Assembly: GCA_963836755.1 (NCBI GenBank)
Contig: CAWIKF010000002.1
Span: forward strand, 704,001 to 768,000
Direction of reading: 5' to 3'
Source: an uncultured Verrucomicrobiae bacterium
GTDB taxonomy: Bacteria > Verrucomicrobiota > Verrucomicrobiia > Chthoniobacterales > Chthoniobacteraceae
DNA length: 64,000 nt
Shown here: positions 40,584-51,160 of the stretch, piece after piece
How the letters are laid out: each line of letters opens with the position of its first letter
How positions within the stretch are numbered: the stretch's first letter is position 1
Position numbers and translations under genes: made by a program
Notes under the pieces: generated by a model
Databases searched by the model: none
What the model was told of the DNA's origin: nothing
Seen by the model: the letters and a program-made list of their open reading frames with translations, nothing else

Positions 40584-43500
40584 TCAAAGAGCATCGGCTT
40601 CGTGCAAGCCGGGTAGCCCTTTTTCGGCGCGCCAGCGGCGGGCGCGAAAGGCGAGGCGGTCGAGGTAAAGGTAGATGACGGGCGTGGTGTAGAGCGTGAG
40701 GAATTGCGAAAGCAAAAGGCCGCCGACGATGGCGATGCCCATCGGTTTGCGCAGTTCGGAGCCGGTGCCATTTTCGAGCGCGAGCGGGAGCGCGCCGAGC
40801 AACGCCGCGAAGGTGGTCATCATGATCGGCCGGAAACGGAGCAGGCACGCTTGGTAGATCGATTTCTCCGGCGGCAGGCCTTCGTTGCGCTCCGCATCGA
40901 GGGCGAAGTCGATCATCATGATCGCATTTTTTTTCACGATGCCGATGAGCAGGATGATGCCGATGAGCGCGATGAGGCTCAGGTCGTAGCCCGTCAAAAT
41001 CAGCGCGAGCAGCGCGCCGACGCCGGCGCTCGGGAGGCTCGACAGAATGGTGAGCGGGTGGATGTAACTTTCGTAAAGAACGCCGAGGACGATGTAGATG
41101 ACGACGACGGCGGCGAGGATGAGGAACGGCTCGCTTTGGAGCGAGGTGCGGAACTCGGCGGCGCTGCCGGAAAAAGTCGGGACGACGGTTTCGGGAAGCC
41201 CGATTTGCTGTCGCGCGTCCTGAATGGCGGTGACGGCTTTGCCGAGCGAGCTGCCGGGGCGAAGGTTAAAGGAAAGTGTGACCGCGGGGAATTGTCCTTC
41301 GTGGATGATGGAGAGGGGCGCGGTGACGGTGGATAATTTCGCAAAGGCGCTGAGCGGGACCATCTGGCCCGTGGAGTTTTTGACGTAAATCTTCGCGAGC
41401 GAGGCTGGCGTGAGCTGGAAGTGCGGCTCGACCTCGAGGATGACGCGGTATTGGTTGAGCTGCGTGAAGATGATGGAGACCTGCCGCTGGCCGAAGGCGT
41501 CGTAAAGTGTGTCGTCGATGGCCTGCGTGAGGATGTTGTAGCGCGCGGCCTGCTCGCGATCGATGTCGACGCTGAGCTGGAGGCCGCCGTTTTGCTGGTC
41601 GCTGGCGACGTCAGCGAGCTCGGGCAATGTGCGGAATTTTGCGAGGAGCTTCGGCGCCCATTCGGCGAGCTCGGCTTCGTCGGCATCCTGCAGCGTGTAT
41701 TGGTATTGCGTGCGGCTGACGCGGCTGTCGATTTGCACGTCCTGCACGGCCTGCATGTAAAGCGAGATCCCCTCGGCATTGCGCGTGGCGTCGCGAAGCC
41801 GGTCGATGATTTCGCTCGCGCTGGCGCTGCGCTGGTCGCGCGGCTTGAGGCCGATGTAAAGCCGGCCGGTGTTGACGGTGGCGTTGATCGTGCCCGCGCC
41901 GACCATCGACGTGACGCTGACGACGTCGGGATCGCGCCGGACGATCTCGGCGATTTTTCGCTGTCGCTCGACCATTGCTTTAAACGAAATCGACTGCGCC
42001 GAATCGGTGATGCCCAAAATCAGCCCCGTGTCCTGCTGCGGCAGCAAACCTTTCGGCACGATGAGGTAGAGCCAGATCGTGGCGACGAGCGTCGCTGCCG
42101 CGATCATCAGCGTGAAGAATTGATGCCGCAAAACCCATTGCAGGCCGCGCTCGTAACCGCCGAGCATTCTTTCCCAAATCCGTTCCGTCGTTTGAAAAAA
42201 GCGCCCGTGCTTTTCCCCGCTCTCCGGTTTTAACAACCGCGCGCACATCATCGGCGTTAACGTGAGTGAAACAAATGCGGATGCGGCCACAGCGACGCTC
42301 AGCGTGATCGCGAACTCGCGAAACAAGCGCCCGACGACGCCGGTCATGAACAGCAGCGGAATGAAAACCGCGATGAGCGACACGCTCAGCGAGATGATCG
42401 TGAAGCCGATTTGCCGCGCGCCTTTCAACGCCGCTTCCATCGGCGTCTCGCCCATCTCGATGTAGCGGACGATGTTTTCAATCATCACGATTGCATCGTC
42501 GACGACGAAGCCGGTGGAAATCGTCAGCGCCATCAGCGAAAGATTGTCGAGGCTGAACCCGACGAGTTTCATCACGCCGAAAGTGCCGATGATCGCGAGC
42601 GGCAGCGCGACACTCGGGATCACTGTCGCCCAAAATTTTCGCAGGAAAACAAAGATCACCATCACGACCAGCGCGATCGTGAGCAGCAGCGTAAACTGCA
42701 CGTCGCGCACCGACGCGCGGATGGTCGCAGTGCGGTCGGTGAGCAGCTCGACTTTGACCGACGGCGGCAATGACGCGCGCAATTTCGGCAACAGCGCTTT
42801 CACGCGGTCCGCCGTTTCGATGATGTTCGCGCCCGGCTGGCGCTGGATGTCGAGGATGATCGCGGGCTGATTGTTGACCCAGCTCGCGAGGCGGACGTTC
42901 TCGACGTTGTCGACGATTTCGCCGAGATCGCCGAGCCGCACGGGCGCACCGTTTTTGTAGGCGACAACCAGATCCGCATATTGCTGCGCGGAAAAAATCT
43001 GGTCGTTCGCGCCGATGGAATACGCCTGCCGCGCGCCGTCAAAACTTCCTTTCGGCGCGTTAACGTTGTTTTGCACAAGCGCGTTGCGAATGTCCTCGAG
43101 GCTTGTGCCGAGCGCGGCGATGGCGGCGGGATTGATGCGCACCCGCACCGCCGGTTTTTGATTGCCCTCGATCGTCACCAATCCGACGCCGGTGACCTCG
43201 CTCAACTTTTGCGCGAGCACGGTGTCGGCGAGGTCGTTCACTTTTTCCAGCGGCAGCGAATCGCTCGTGAGCGAGAACGTCAGGATCGGCGTGTCGGCCG
43301 GGTTCACCTTCGCGTAAACCGGCGGGTTCGGCATGGTTTTTGGCAGCACGCCGCCGGCCGCATTGATCGCGGCCTGCACATCCTGCGCCGCTGCGTCGAT
43401 GTCGCGGTCGAGCACGAATTGTAAAACAATCGACGTCGTTCCGAACGAGCTGATGGAATTCATGTTCGCCAGCCCGCTGATCTGGCCGAACTGCCGCTCG

Positions 43501-43700
43501 AGCGGCGTCGTGACTGATGACGCCATCACTTCCGGGCTCGCGCCGGGATATTGCGCGGTCACCTGGATCGTCGGGAAATCGACCGGCGGCAATGCGGAGA
43601 TCGGCAGCATCGAGTAGCCGAGAAGTCCCATGATGATCACGCCCGCCATGAGCAGCGAAGTCGCGATGGGTCGCCGGATGAAAATCTCGGAAATGTTCAT
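40584..43700 (-). CDS. RND efflux permease, MdtB/MuxB-like
   Basis: FIRRPIAT, GFVVDDAIV, GIVKKNAIMMIDFA, RFRPIMMTT. Confidence 0.93.
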   Translation of the reverse strand: MNISEIFIRRPIATSLLMAGVIIMGLLGYSMLPISALPPVDFPTIQVTAQYPGASPEVMASSVTTPLERQFGQISGLANMNSISSFGTTSIVLQFVLDRDIDAAAQDVQAAINAAGGVLPKTMPNPPVYAKVNPADTPILTFSLTSDSLPLEKVNDLADTVLAQKLSEVTGVGLVTIEGNQKPAVRVRINPAAIAALGTSLEDIRNALVQNNVNAPKGSFDGARQAYSIGANDQIFSAQQYADLVVAYKNGAPVRLGDLGEIVDNVENVRLASWVNNQPAIILDIQRQPGANIIETADRVKALLPKLRASLPPSVKVELLTDRTATIRASVRDVQFTLLLTIALVVMVIFVFLRKFWATVIPSVALPLAIIGTFGVMKLVGFSLDNLSLMALTISTGFVVDDAIVMIENIVRYIEMGETPMEAALKGARQIGFTIISLSVSLIAVFIPLLFMTGVVGRLFREFAITLSVAVAASAFVSLTLTPMMCARLLKPESGEKHGRFFQTTERIWERMLGGYERGLQWVLRHQFFTLMIAAATLVATIWLYLIVPKGLLPQQDTGLILGITDSAQSISFKAMVERQRKIAEIVRRDPDVVSVTSMVGAGTINATVNTGRLYIGLKPRDQRSASASEIIDRLRDATRNAEGISLYMQAVQDVQIDSRVSRTQYQYTLQDADEAELAEWAPKLLAKFRTLPELADVASDQQNGGLQLSVDIDREQAARYNILTQAIDDTLYDAFGQRQVSIIFTQLNQYRVILEVEPHFQLTPASLAKIYVKNSTGQMVPLSAFAKLSTVTAPLSIIHEGQFPAVTLSFNLRPGSSLGKAVTAIQDARQQIGLPETVVPTFSGSAAEFRTSLQSEPFLILAAVVVIYIVLGVLYESYIHPLTILSSLPSAGVGALLALILTGYDLSLIALIGIILLIGIVKKNAIMMIDFALDAERNEGLPPEKSIYQACLLRFRPIMMTTFAALLGALPLALENGTGSELRKPMGIAIVGGLLLSQFLTLYTTPVIYLYLDRLAFRARRWRAEKGLPGLHEADAL

Positions 43701-43724
43701 GCGAAAAGGCGAACGCCGCCCGTG

Positions 43725-44999
43725 TTACTTCGGCCGGTGAGCGCCACCGGCCGGCGCGGCTCCCGCGGGCTCGGGCGGTTTTACGTGCGAGCCTTGCTGC
43801 AATTTATATTGCCCATCGACGACAACTTTTTCGCCAGCCTTCAAGCCGTCGTCGATCAACGCCTGGCCCTCGTCGATCTGCGCAACTTTGACAAGGCGGA
43901 TTTCCACGGTGTTGTCGGATTGGATGACAAACGCATACGCACCGTTTGGCCCGCGCTGAATGACGGACGCAGGGACGACGAGTCCGTTTTTGCGCGTGGT
44001 CAAATGCAGCCGCGCGTTCATGAACTGCCCCGGCCAAAGCTGGCGCTGCGGGTTTGGAAACACGGCCTTCAACCGGAACGTGCCGGTGGAAGTGTCGATC
44101 GCATTGTCGATGACGGTGAGCTCACCGGTATCGAGCACGGTCTTGTTGTCTGGGCCCATCGCGAGCACTTCCAACTTTTCGCCAGCGGCCGTGTGCTGAT
44201 GGATCTCGAGCAAATTCTGTTGCGGCAAAGTGAAGACCAGCGCGATCGGCTGGAGCTGGGCGATGGTGACCAACCCGTTCGTGTCGGTCGCGTGAACGAT
44301 GTTACCTTCATCGACATTGCGCAGGCCGGTGCGGCCATCGATCGGCGAAAGGATGCTCGTGTAATCGAGCTGCACTTGCGCGCTTTGCACAGCCGCGGCA
44401 TCGGTGCGAACGGCGGCGGCGAGCTGCGCGACGAGTGATTTCTGCGTGTCGTATTGCTGCGACGCGATCACTTTTTTCGCCACCAAATCGGTGTCGCGCG
44501 TGAGGTCGAGCTGCGCGTTTGAAAGCTGTGCCTGATCCTGATTTTGCTTCGCCTGCGCCTGCTCCAGCGAGGCGCGAAACGGCGCGGGATCGATCACGGC
44601 GAGCAATTGCCCCTTTTTCACATCCTGCCCTTCGTCGAACGCGATGCTCACCAGCTCGCCGTCGACACGCGGCCGCACGGTCACTGTGTTCAGCGCCTGA
44701 ATCGTGCCGATGCCGTCGAGATAAATCGGCACATCTTTTTGCGCGACGACGCCCATCACGACTGGCACCGGCGCGTTTTGCGGATGCGCCGCGGCCTGCG
44801 CGCGCGCTTGCGAATTTTCGCGGAGGCGATGAACCACGAGGAAAAGTCCGACGATGAGCAAAACGATGACGATCCAGAAAGTTTTGCCCTTGCGCTTTCG
44901 CGGCTGTTGCGTGCTCGCGCGGCCGAGCGGCGCGGTTGGGAGCAAAGTTGTTTGCAGCGGGTCGGCAGTTTTTGCCGCGATTGGTTTCAAATCGTCCAT
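43725..44999 (-). CDS. RND membrane fusion protein, MdtA-like
   Basis: N-terminal TM; VRPRVDGEL, SPIDGRTG, IDNAIDTSTGT, LWPGQF. Confidence 0.92.
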   Translation of the reverse strand: MDDLKPIAAKTADPLQTTLLPTAPLGRASTQQPRKRKGKTFWIVIVLLIVGLFLVVHRLRENSQARAQAAAHPQNAPVPVVMGVVAQKDVPIYLDGIGTIQALNTVTVRPRVDGELVSIAFDEGQDVKKGQLLAVIDPAPFRASLEQAQAKQNQDQAQLSNAQLDLTRDTDLVAKKVIASQQYDTQKSLVAQLAAAVRTDAAAVQSAQVQLDYTSILSPIDGRTGLRNVDEGNIVHATDTNGLVTIAQLQPIALVFTLPQQNLLEIHQHTAAGEKLEVLAMGPDNKTVLDTGELTVIDNAIDTSTGTFRLKAVFPNPQRQLWPGQFMNARLHLTTRKNGLVVPASVIQRGPNGAYAFVIQSDNTVEIRLVKVAQIDEGQALIDDGLKAGEKVVVDGQYKLQQGSHVKPPEPAGAAPAGGAHRPK

Positions 45000-45015
45000 T
45001 GGTCTTACAGTTCGA

Positions 45016-45504
45016 TCACCGCGAAACTTTTGCGGCGGCGTTACGTTTTTTTAAAACCCCGCTCGTTGTGGAAACGCTGGAGATTTCTTTTAAAATTTGC
45101 GTCGCCCGGAAAATCTCGCGCCGCTTTTTCTCGTCGAGCTCCGCAAACTTTTCCGTGAAAAAATCGCGTGCCTCCGCGCGCGCGATGCCGTGCCGCTTCC
45201 TGCCCGCGCTCGTCAACGCGAGCACGACATATCGACGATCGCCCGCGTGAGTCTTGCGCGTCGCGAGTTTCGCCGCCACCAATCCCTCGACAAGTTTTGA
45301 CGCCGTTGGAAGCGTCAGGCCGAGATGCGTGGCGACATCGGAAAGCGAAACGCCGTCGCCGCGGCCGATGAACGCGAGCGTCCGAAACTGCGGGATCGAC
45401 AGGTCACTGCCGCGACTCGCCTGCACCTTTGCGCGAATAACGCGCATCAGCATCGGCACTGTGTCGAGCAGCTCCGTGGCGCATTGTTCCGGGGAGACAT
45501 TCAT
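45016..45504 (-). CDS. MarR-family regulator
   Basis: LSIPQFRTL; HTH; DRR..LALT..G wing motif. Confidence 0.9.
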   Translation of the reverse strand: MNVSPEQCATELLDTVPMLMRVIRAKVQASRGSDLSIPQFRTLAFIGRGDGVSLSDVATHLGLTLPTASKLVEGLVAAKLATRKTHAGDRRYVVLALTSAGRKRHGIARAEARDFFTEKFAELDEKKRREIFRATQILKEISSVSTTSGVLKKRNAAAKVSR

Positions 45505-45597
45505 TGGTTGAATGAAGAAACAGTGTCATAAGCTAACTAACTTACAACCGGTTCTTCTCCCGGCTGGAATCGCGGCGCCGAACTTTGACGCGCGTGG

Positions 45598-46458
45598 TTA
45601 CGCGGATTTCTCGATCGGCTTGCGCACGCTGTTGCCCCACTCGGTCCACGAACCGTCGTAGTTGCGCACGTTTTTGTAGCCGAGGAGATAGTTCAGCACG
45701 AACCAGGTGTGGCTCGATCGCTCGCCGATGCGGCAATAGGCGATGATGTCGTCCTCTTTTTTCAGGCCGCAATTATCGGTGTAAATTTTCCGCAGTTCTT
45801 CGGCCGACTTGAATGTCGAATCTTCGCGCACCGCTGTTTTCCACGGGACGCTTTTCGCGCCGGGAATGTGGCCGCCGCGAAGCACGCCCTCCTGCGGATA
45901 CTCGGGCATGTGCGTGATCGTCCCTTGATATTCGCCCGGCGAGCGGACGTCGATGAGCGGCCGGCCTGCCTGGCTTTGCGCGAGCGCATCGTCGGCGAAA
46001 GCGCGGATTTCCGCGTCGAGCCGTTTCGGCGGCACTGGATAATCGGCAGGTGCGAACTTTGGTTTTTCGCGCGTCATCTCCCGGCCTTCCGCCGTCCATT
46101 TGTCGCGGCCGCCGTCCATGATTTTCACTTTCGTGTGGCCGAACAAACGGAAAACCCAGAGCGCGTAGCAGGCCCACCAGTTGGCTTTGTCGCCGTAAAA
46201 AATGCAGGTCGTCGCGGGCGTGATGCCGTTGCGCGAGCAGAGCTCCGCGAACTTTTCGCACGAAACGTAATCGCGCACCACCGGGTCGTTCAGGTCGGCG
46301 TGCCAGTCGATGTGCACCGCGCCGGGGATGTGGCCGGTATCGTAAAGCAGCACGTCTTCATTGCTCTCGACGATGCGATAGCCCGGCTCGCCGCCGTGTT
46401 CAGCGACCCACTCGGTGCTGACGAGGACATCGGGGTTTGCGTAATTGGAATCGTTCAT
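45598..46458 (-). CDS. Tandem-domain rhodanese/sulfurtransferase
   Basis: GHIPGA twice; [17 protein letters not shown]. Confidence 0.93.
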   Translation of the reverse strand: MNDSNYANPDVLVSTEWVAEHGGEPGYRIVESNEDVLLYDTGHIPGAVHIDWHADLNDPVVRDYVSCEKFAELCSRNGITPATTCIFYGDKANWWACYALWVFRLFGHTKVKIMDGGRDKWTAEGREMTREKPKFAPADYPVPPKRLDAEIRAFADDALAQSQAGRPLIDVRSPGEYQGTITHMPEYPQEGVLRGGHIPGAKSVPWKTAVREDSTFKSAEELRKIYTDNCGLKKEDDIIAYCRIGERSSHTWFVLNYLLGYKNVRNYDGSWTEWGNSVRKPIEKSA

Positions 46459-46519
46459 GTCGGGCAAAAATATCGCGCGCCTCCGCGCGGCTCAATGTAA
46501 ATGCGCGCGCCGCTTTTCG

Positions 46520-47554
46520 CTACGCAGCCGCCGACTCGAGTTCCATCGTTCCCTTGAACTTCGACGGCTCCTCCTCCACGCCAAAATTCTCGGCATGGAG
46601 CTCCGCGATTCGTGCCATCTCTTCCGCGGTGAGCGGCGGGCAATCGGGCGCGGCGGCGAATTCCTCGATCTGCTTTTCCTCGTAAATATTCGGCAGCGTG
46701 GAGGCGACGCGCGGATCGGCCAGCAGCCATTGCAGCGCCGCCTGCCCGAGCGTCCGCTCCGAGTTTTCGAGAAAACGGAGCTGCGCGATTTTTTTCACGC
46801 CATTCAACAGCCACGAGCGCGGGCGATGCCGGCGGTGATCGTTTTCCGCGAAGACTGTGTCGGCGGTGTAATGCCCCTCGAGCATCCCGGAGCTGTGCGG
46901 CACGCGGATCAAAAACATCGTGTCGCGCCCCGCCTCCTCCGCCGCCGCGTGCATCGCCCGGCCGGGATGCTGCTCGAGCATATTATAAATGTGCTGCACG
47001 CTCGCGATCTCGCGTTCGCGGATCGCATTGACCCCTTCGTAAAGCCAGCCGATCGCCGGCCCGAGCGCGACGCCCGCGTGCCGGATTTTGCCGGCATCGC
47101 GCAGCTTTTCCAGCGTCGTCCAGATCGGATCGTCATAGACCTGCTCCATCCGGATGTTGTGGAGCTGCATCAAATCGATCCGGTCCGTCCTCAATCGCCG
47201 CAGCGCCGCATCCGTCGCACGCACGAGCGCCTCGGGCGAAAAATCATGCGGAATCTCCCGCTGCCCGCGCCCGCGCTCATTGCCGAAATTGACAAAATCG
47301 TAGCCGATCTTCGTCGCGATCACGATCTCATCGCGCCGGCCCGGGAACGCCTTCGCGATCAACTCCTCGCTCAAGCCGTTGCCGTAGGTATCCGCCGCGT
47401 CGAAAAGCGTCACGCCGCGGTCAAACGCCTTATGCATGAGCGCGATTGCTTCGCCCTCGGTGAAATTTCCCCACCAGCCGGTCGAAACCGTCCACATGCC
47501 GAAGCCGACTTCGCTCACAGTGAGATCGGTATTTTTGAAAGTGCGATACTTCAT
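46520..47554 (-). CDS. Aldo/keto reductase
   Basis: MKYRTF..VSEVGFG, FDAADTYG, IATK, LRRLRTDRIDL. The ORF-track N-terminal extension is read-through of array D. Confidence 0.9.
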   Translation of the reverse strand: MKYRTFKNTDLTVSEVGFGMWTVSTGWWGNFTEGEAIALMHKAFDRGVTLFDAADTYGNGLSEELIAKAFPGRRDEIVIATKIGYDFVNFGNERGRGQREIPHDFSPEALVRATDAALRRLRTDRIDLMQLHNIRMEQVYDDPIWTTLEKLRDAGKIRHAGVALGPAIGWLYEGVNAIREREIASVQHIYNMLEQHPGRAMHAAAEEAGRDTMFLIRVPHSSGMLEGHYTADTVFAENDHRRHRPRSWLLNGVKKIAQLRFLENSERTLGQAALQWLLADPRVASTLPNIYEEKQIEEFAAAPDCPPLTAEEMARIAELHAENFGVEEEPSKFKGTMELESAAA

Positions 47555-47654
47555 AAAAGCGGCAGCAGCATCGCGGCTCCGCGGCGCGTTGTAAAGCCGA
47601 GCGCTCCAGTTGCGGTCGCACGAATGAACGCCGGCCGCTGACGATTCGCCGTCA

Positions 47655-47987
47655 GAATCCCAGCGCGGACACCAGGACGGAGGCGGAAAATCCCAGGACG
47701 GATGCGGAAAATCCCAGCGACGGAATGGGAAAATCCCAGGACGGACGCGGAAAATCCCAGGACGGATGCGGAAAATCTCAGGACGGATGCGGAAAATCCC
47801 AGGACGGAATAGGAAAATCCCAGGACGGAATGGGAAAATCCCAGGACGGAATGGGAAAATCCCAGCGCGGAATGGGAAAATCCCAGGACGGAATGGGAAA
47901 ATCCCAGGACGGAATTGGGAAAATCCCAGCGCGGACATCCAAAATCCTGGGATTTTTGCCGTCAGTTCAGCCTTTTACTCTGTAGAG
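47655..47987 (+). repeat. Array D: about 13 units of 21 nt (GAAAATCCCAGGACGGAATGG) plus terminal motif TTTACTCTGTAGAG
   Basis: Unit starts 47686 to 47940 at 21 (twice 22) nt spacing; motif at 47974-47987. Confidence 0.95.
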
Positions 47988-48223
47988 CATCCGCGAACTG
48001 CCCTTTTCACCCCCAACATCGCCACCGCTCCAGCCGCGGCTGACTCCATTCCATCGTCATGCCGCTTTCTCCCGGTAAAACTTTGACGCCAACCCAGCGT
48101 TGCGCTCCACCAGATATCGGCCCACGCCAAAGATCGCGAAAGAGCTGCTTCCGACGATGATCCAAAACTGAGCCATCGAATGAAGCCCGAAGTGCCGCAC
48201 CAGTGACGCTACGAATCATGGCG

Positions 48224-48682
48224 TCATTTGTTTCGCTGCCTCTTGGAGTATTCGATGACGCCTCGAATCGACTTATCAAGGGCGCGCATGACCTCTGGCG
48301 GAACGTCGCGGCCGGAATCGAGCTCGATCACGAGCGCCTGGTCGCCGCCTTCCGGTGGCGGAATCTCAACCATCCGATGCGTCACCGCACCGTGTCGCTC
48401 GGTGCGGTCCGAGAGTGCTTTGACTTCGCTGGCATCGCGCACGGCGACATTGAGGTAAATGCCGTGCTCCGACGGGTCCATTTCCGATTGTCGAAAGCCC
48501 GGAAACGAGTCAGCGCGCGCGATGAATCCCCGAAGGGTCGTCTCGATCCGAGCTTTCTCGAACTTGGTCAAAATGGGAACGAGTGCGCCAGAAAAGCCAG
48601 TGACTGGACTATAGAATGGGCCGCCGGGATTCGACCAGAATGCGGAGGTAGCAAGGATGAGAAGCAAAAACGCGATTTTCAT
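48224..48682 (-). CDS. Hypothetical exported protein
   Basis: Signal-like MKIAFLLLILATSA; no family recognised. Confidence 0.5.
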   Translation of the reverse strand: MKIAFLLLILATSAFWSNPGGPFYSPVTGFSGALVPILTKFEKARIETTLRGFIARADSFPGFRQSEMDPSEHGIYLNVAVRDASEVKALSDRTERHGAVTHRMVEIPPPEGGDQALVIELDSGRDVPPEVMRALDKSIRGVIEYSKRQRNK

Positions 48683-48811
48683 AGGAGGGACACGCGCAGC
48701 ACGGAGCGGTAGTATCCTGGATCAACAGGATTTCCCATTATTTCTGATTGCATCGTCGCATCGGCGGTTTCGCCGCTATTGGGCTGCGCCAGATCTGCGC
48801 AGGCGACTTCG

Positions 48812-51091
48812 TCAATCCACCCGTTCCAGCCGGTAAGTCTGACCAGCCTGCGTGGCAAAAGATGAGATGCCATTGCTCGTCGTGACGGGAAGCGGAGATC
48901 CGCCACCTTGCGGCAAAACGCGGAAGGTGCCGCCCCAAGGGCTTACCATCTTCACCGGGCCGCCAACGGTGGATTTGATCCGCACGTTGCCGATGTGTCC
49001 GCCGGTTTGCTCGGCCGAGACTTCAAAGCCGCCGTAGGCAAGGAGATTGGTAAAGCGGGCGTCGGTCCCGCTTGGCCATGCGGGAAAGATGCGGATGATG
49101 TCACTAACGCTTTGCAGGAGCAGCTCATTCACCAGCCGAGCTACCGCCACTTGCTCCGAGATGTAGAAGCCGTGTCCCGCCCAGAAGAACAGGCCGTTAG
49201 GCTGCTCTCGCGAATATCCTTTGTCCGCCGAAAAGCACATCTTCGCATTCGCGATTGCTTCATCGGTAAGGCCAAGCCTCGCGCGGGCAACGTTGATGGT
49301 GACATTGGAATTGGCGTGCGTGGTGGATCGCTCCACGCGGTTGATGGTGCGGACGCCAAGCGCTTTCAGCTCGGGGCTGGAGAACCAGTTGATGACTCCC
49401 GCCGGGAAGATGCCCTGCACCGCCGTCGCGTGCCGGTCCGAGCCGGATTCGAATTTCGCGCCCAGCCACGGTTCGATCACCGTCTGCCCATTCTGCATCG
49501 GGTCAGGCTGCGTGCCGTATGTCGGAACTTGATCGATGACCGCGTCGATGCGCTTGATGAGCGCGGTGTCATTCTTTAACGTCGCGGCCTCCCGCGCGAT
49601 CCGCAGCCCGGCGGTCACGTAGCTGATATCATAGCAAACGTTGAACTCATCATACTTACCCAGCTCAGGAAAGTAGCTTGGGCCCATCTTGCGCTTGCCA
49701 TCGACGAGCGGACACTTTTCCAACAGCGAACAATAGAACGTCCCGAAATCGCGGATTAAAGGATACACGCGATCGAGGTGCGCCGGCGTCGGGGCGGACT
49801 TGTAATAATCCCAGAACACGACGGCCGTCTGTCCGGCCATGCCCCATGAGTAGCCATAAGGCATGTAGGCCTGTTGATGCTTTAAGGGCGTCTTGCACAG
49901 AGCTGGGTCAGGCTCGAAGGGCCACATATCGCTGTGAAAGAACGCGCCTTCGGCGCCGGTGAAACAGGTGCGCGCAAACCACTCCGCGCGCGACCGGTTG
50001 CGATTGAGCGCATCAATGAAGGGCTCCACCATTTCAGGATGATTTAGCGGCGCAGCGCCCAGATAGGTTTGCTGGATGTTATAGTTTAGCTTGAGCGAAT
50101 TGTGCCAGCCCGCCAGTCCCGGGAAACAGGCGGCGAGGCCTACAGTGTTGCCATTCCCGCGGGCGAAGGTGCGGTCGAAGTAGAGCATGCGATACCACCA
50201 GTTTTGCAATTGCTTGTCCCCAAGTTCGATGCCGCTCTTCGACCAGAAATCCTGCCACGCGGCTTCGTGCTTCGCGACGGCACTGGCGTCGTTCAGCGTG
50301 GAACTTACCAAGGCGACCGCATCGGGAAGCGGATGCGCCGAGTCGCGAGAGGTCGTCACGGCGATTGCCTGCAGATCGCCTTTGCGCCCCGCAACCACGT
50401 AGAGGTCCATGCCGCTAACGTCTTCGTCGCCCGGGATGTTCTGGTGCAGATAACGGTAACCGCTTTGCTCGCCCTCGTCCGCTTGGCTCACCCAAGTCTC
50501 GATCGGAACGCTCTTCGGCCGCGGCTTCTTGTCCTTTAGGAGATCCTGATCGCCTATGAACGAGACGGGTCGTTTGGAATGGATCAAGATGACGTTGCTC
50601 TGCGCCAGCACGCGCACATCCGCGGTCTCCTCCGCGGTTTTGATCGTGGCGACTGCGCGCCCGAGATCCAGCGTCGCGCCGGTCACGGCTGTTTGGCCAT
50701 CCGCGCCCAGCACCACCTCGCCGACTGGCAGCGCCGTCGGGTAGGGATGAGTCCAGCTGCCGGCGTTCCCGTGAGCACCTATTGCTTTGCCAGCGGCAAT
50801 ATCAACCACCGGGAGCGGCGGATCGTTCTTCGTGTCTATCCGCATGTCCCAGCAGTCATTCTTGCTGATCCGGAGGTGCAGATCGTTGTCGGGGGAGGAA
50901 TAGATGATGGCGTTCATCTCACCATTGCCGACGACTAATCCAAACTTACGAATGTCTGAGATATCACTCTCCGAAACCGCAGCCGCCGCTAACGCACCCG
51001 GGTATGGAATCGTCTGCGCAGCGCAGGCGCTGGAATCGAACACAGCGGCGGCGGCGATCAGCGTGACGATGGAATGAGGGAAGTAGGGCAT
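48812..51091 (-). CDS. Secreted GH95-like (alpha/alpha)6 glycoside hydrolase
   Basis: VGNGEM, HEAAWQDFWSKS, KLNYNIQQ, ELLLQS, IRIFPAWP, GGFEVSA. Confidence 0.7.
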   Translation of the reverse strand: MPYFPHSIVTLIAAAAVFDSSACAAQTIPYPGALAAAAVSESDISDIRKFGLVVGNGEMNAIIYSSPDNDLHLRISKNDCWDMRIDTKNDPPLPVVDIAAGKAIGAHGNAGSWTHPYPTALPVGEVVLGADGQTAVTGATLDLGRAVATIKTAEETADVRVLAQSNVILIHSKRPVSFIGDQDLLKDKKPRPKSVPIETWVSQADEGEQSGYRYLHQNIPGDEDVSGMDLYVVAGRKGDLQAIAVTTSRDSAHPLPDAVALVSSTLNDASAVAKHEAAWQDFWSKSGIELGDKQLQNWWYRMLYFDRTFARGNGNTVGLAACFPGLAGWHNSLKLNYNIQQTYLGAAPLNHPEMVEPFIDALNRNRSRAEWFARTCFTGAEGAFFHSDMWPFEPDPALCKTPLKHQQAYMPYGYSWGMAGQTAVVFWDYYKSAPTPAHLDRVYPLIRDFGTFYCSLLEKCPLVDGKRKMGPSYFPELGKYDEFNVCYDISYVTAGLRIAREAATLKNDTALIKRIDAVIDQVPTYGTQPDPMQNGQTVIEPWLGAKFESGSDRHATAVQGIFPAGVINWFSSPELKALGVRTINRVERSTTHANSNVTINVARARLGLTDEAIANAKMCFSADKGYSREQPNGLFFWAGHGFYISEQVAVARLVNELLLQSVSDIIRIFPAWPSGTDARFTNLLAYGGFEVSAEQTGGHIGNVRIKSTVGGPVKMVSPWGGTFRVLPQGGGSPLPVTTSNGISSFATQAGQTYRLERVD

Positions 51092-51160
51092 GATGGGTTT
51101 ACTTGGATCGAATCCGATCGGATAACGTCAGCTTCTGCTAAGCCCGCCGCAGACGCAGGC

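Noticed and set aside
40584..44999. RND unit lacking MdtC and an outer-membrane factor
   Set aside because: A common arrangement; partners can be encoded elsewhere.
47555..47938. PGIFPFR-repeat N-terminal extension of the aldo/keto reductase
   Set aside because: Read-through of array D; the typical AKR start MKYRTF is at 47554.
48224..48682. Orphan integron cassette
   Set aside because: No RYYYAAC/GTTRRRY-bounded attC is visible on either flank.
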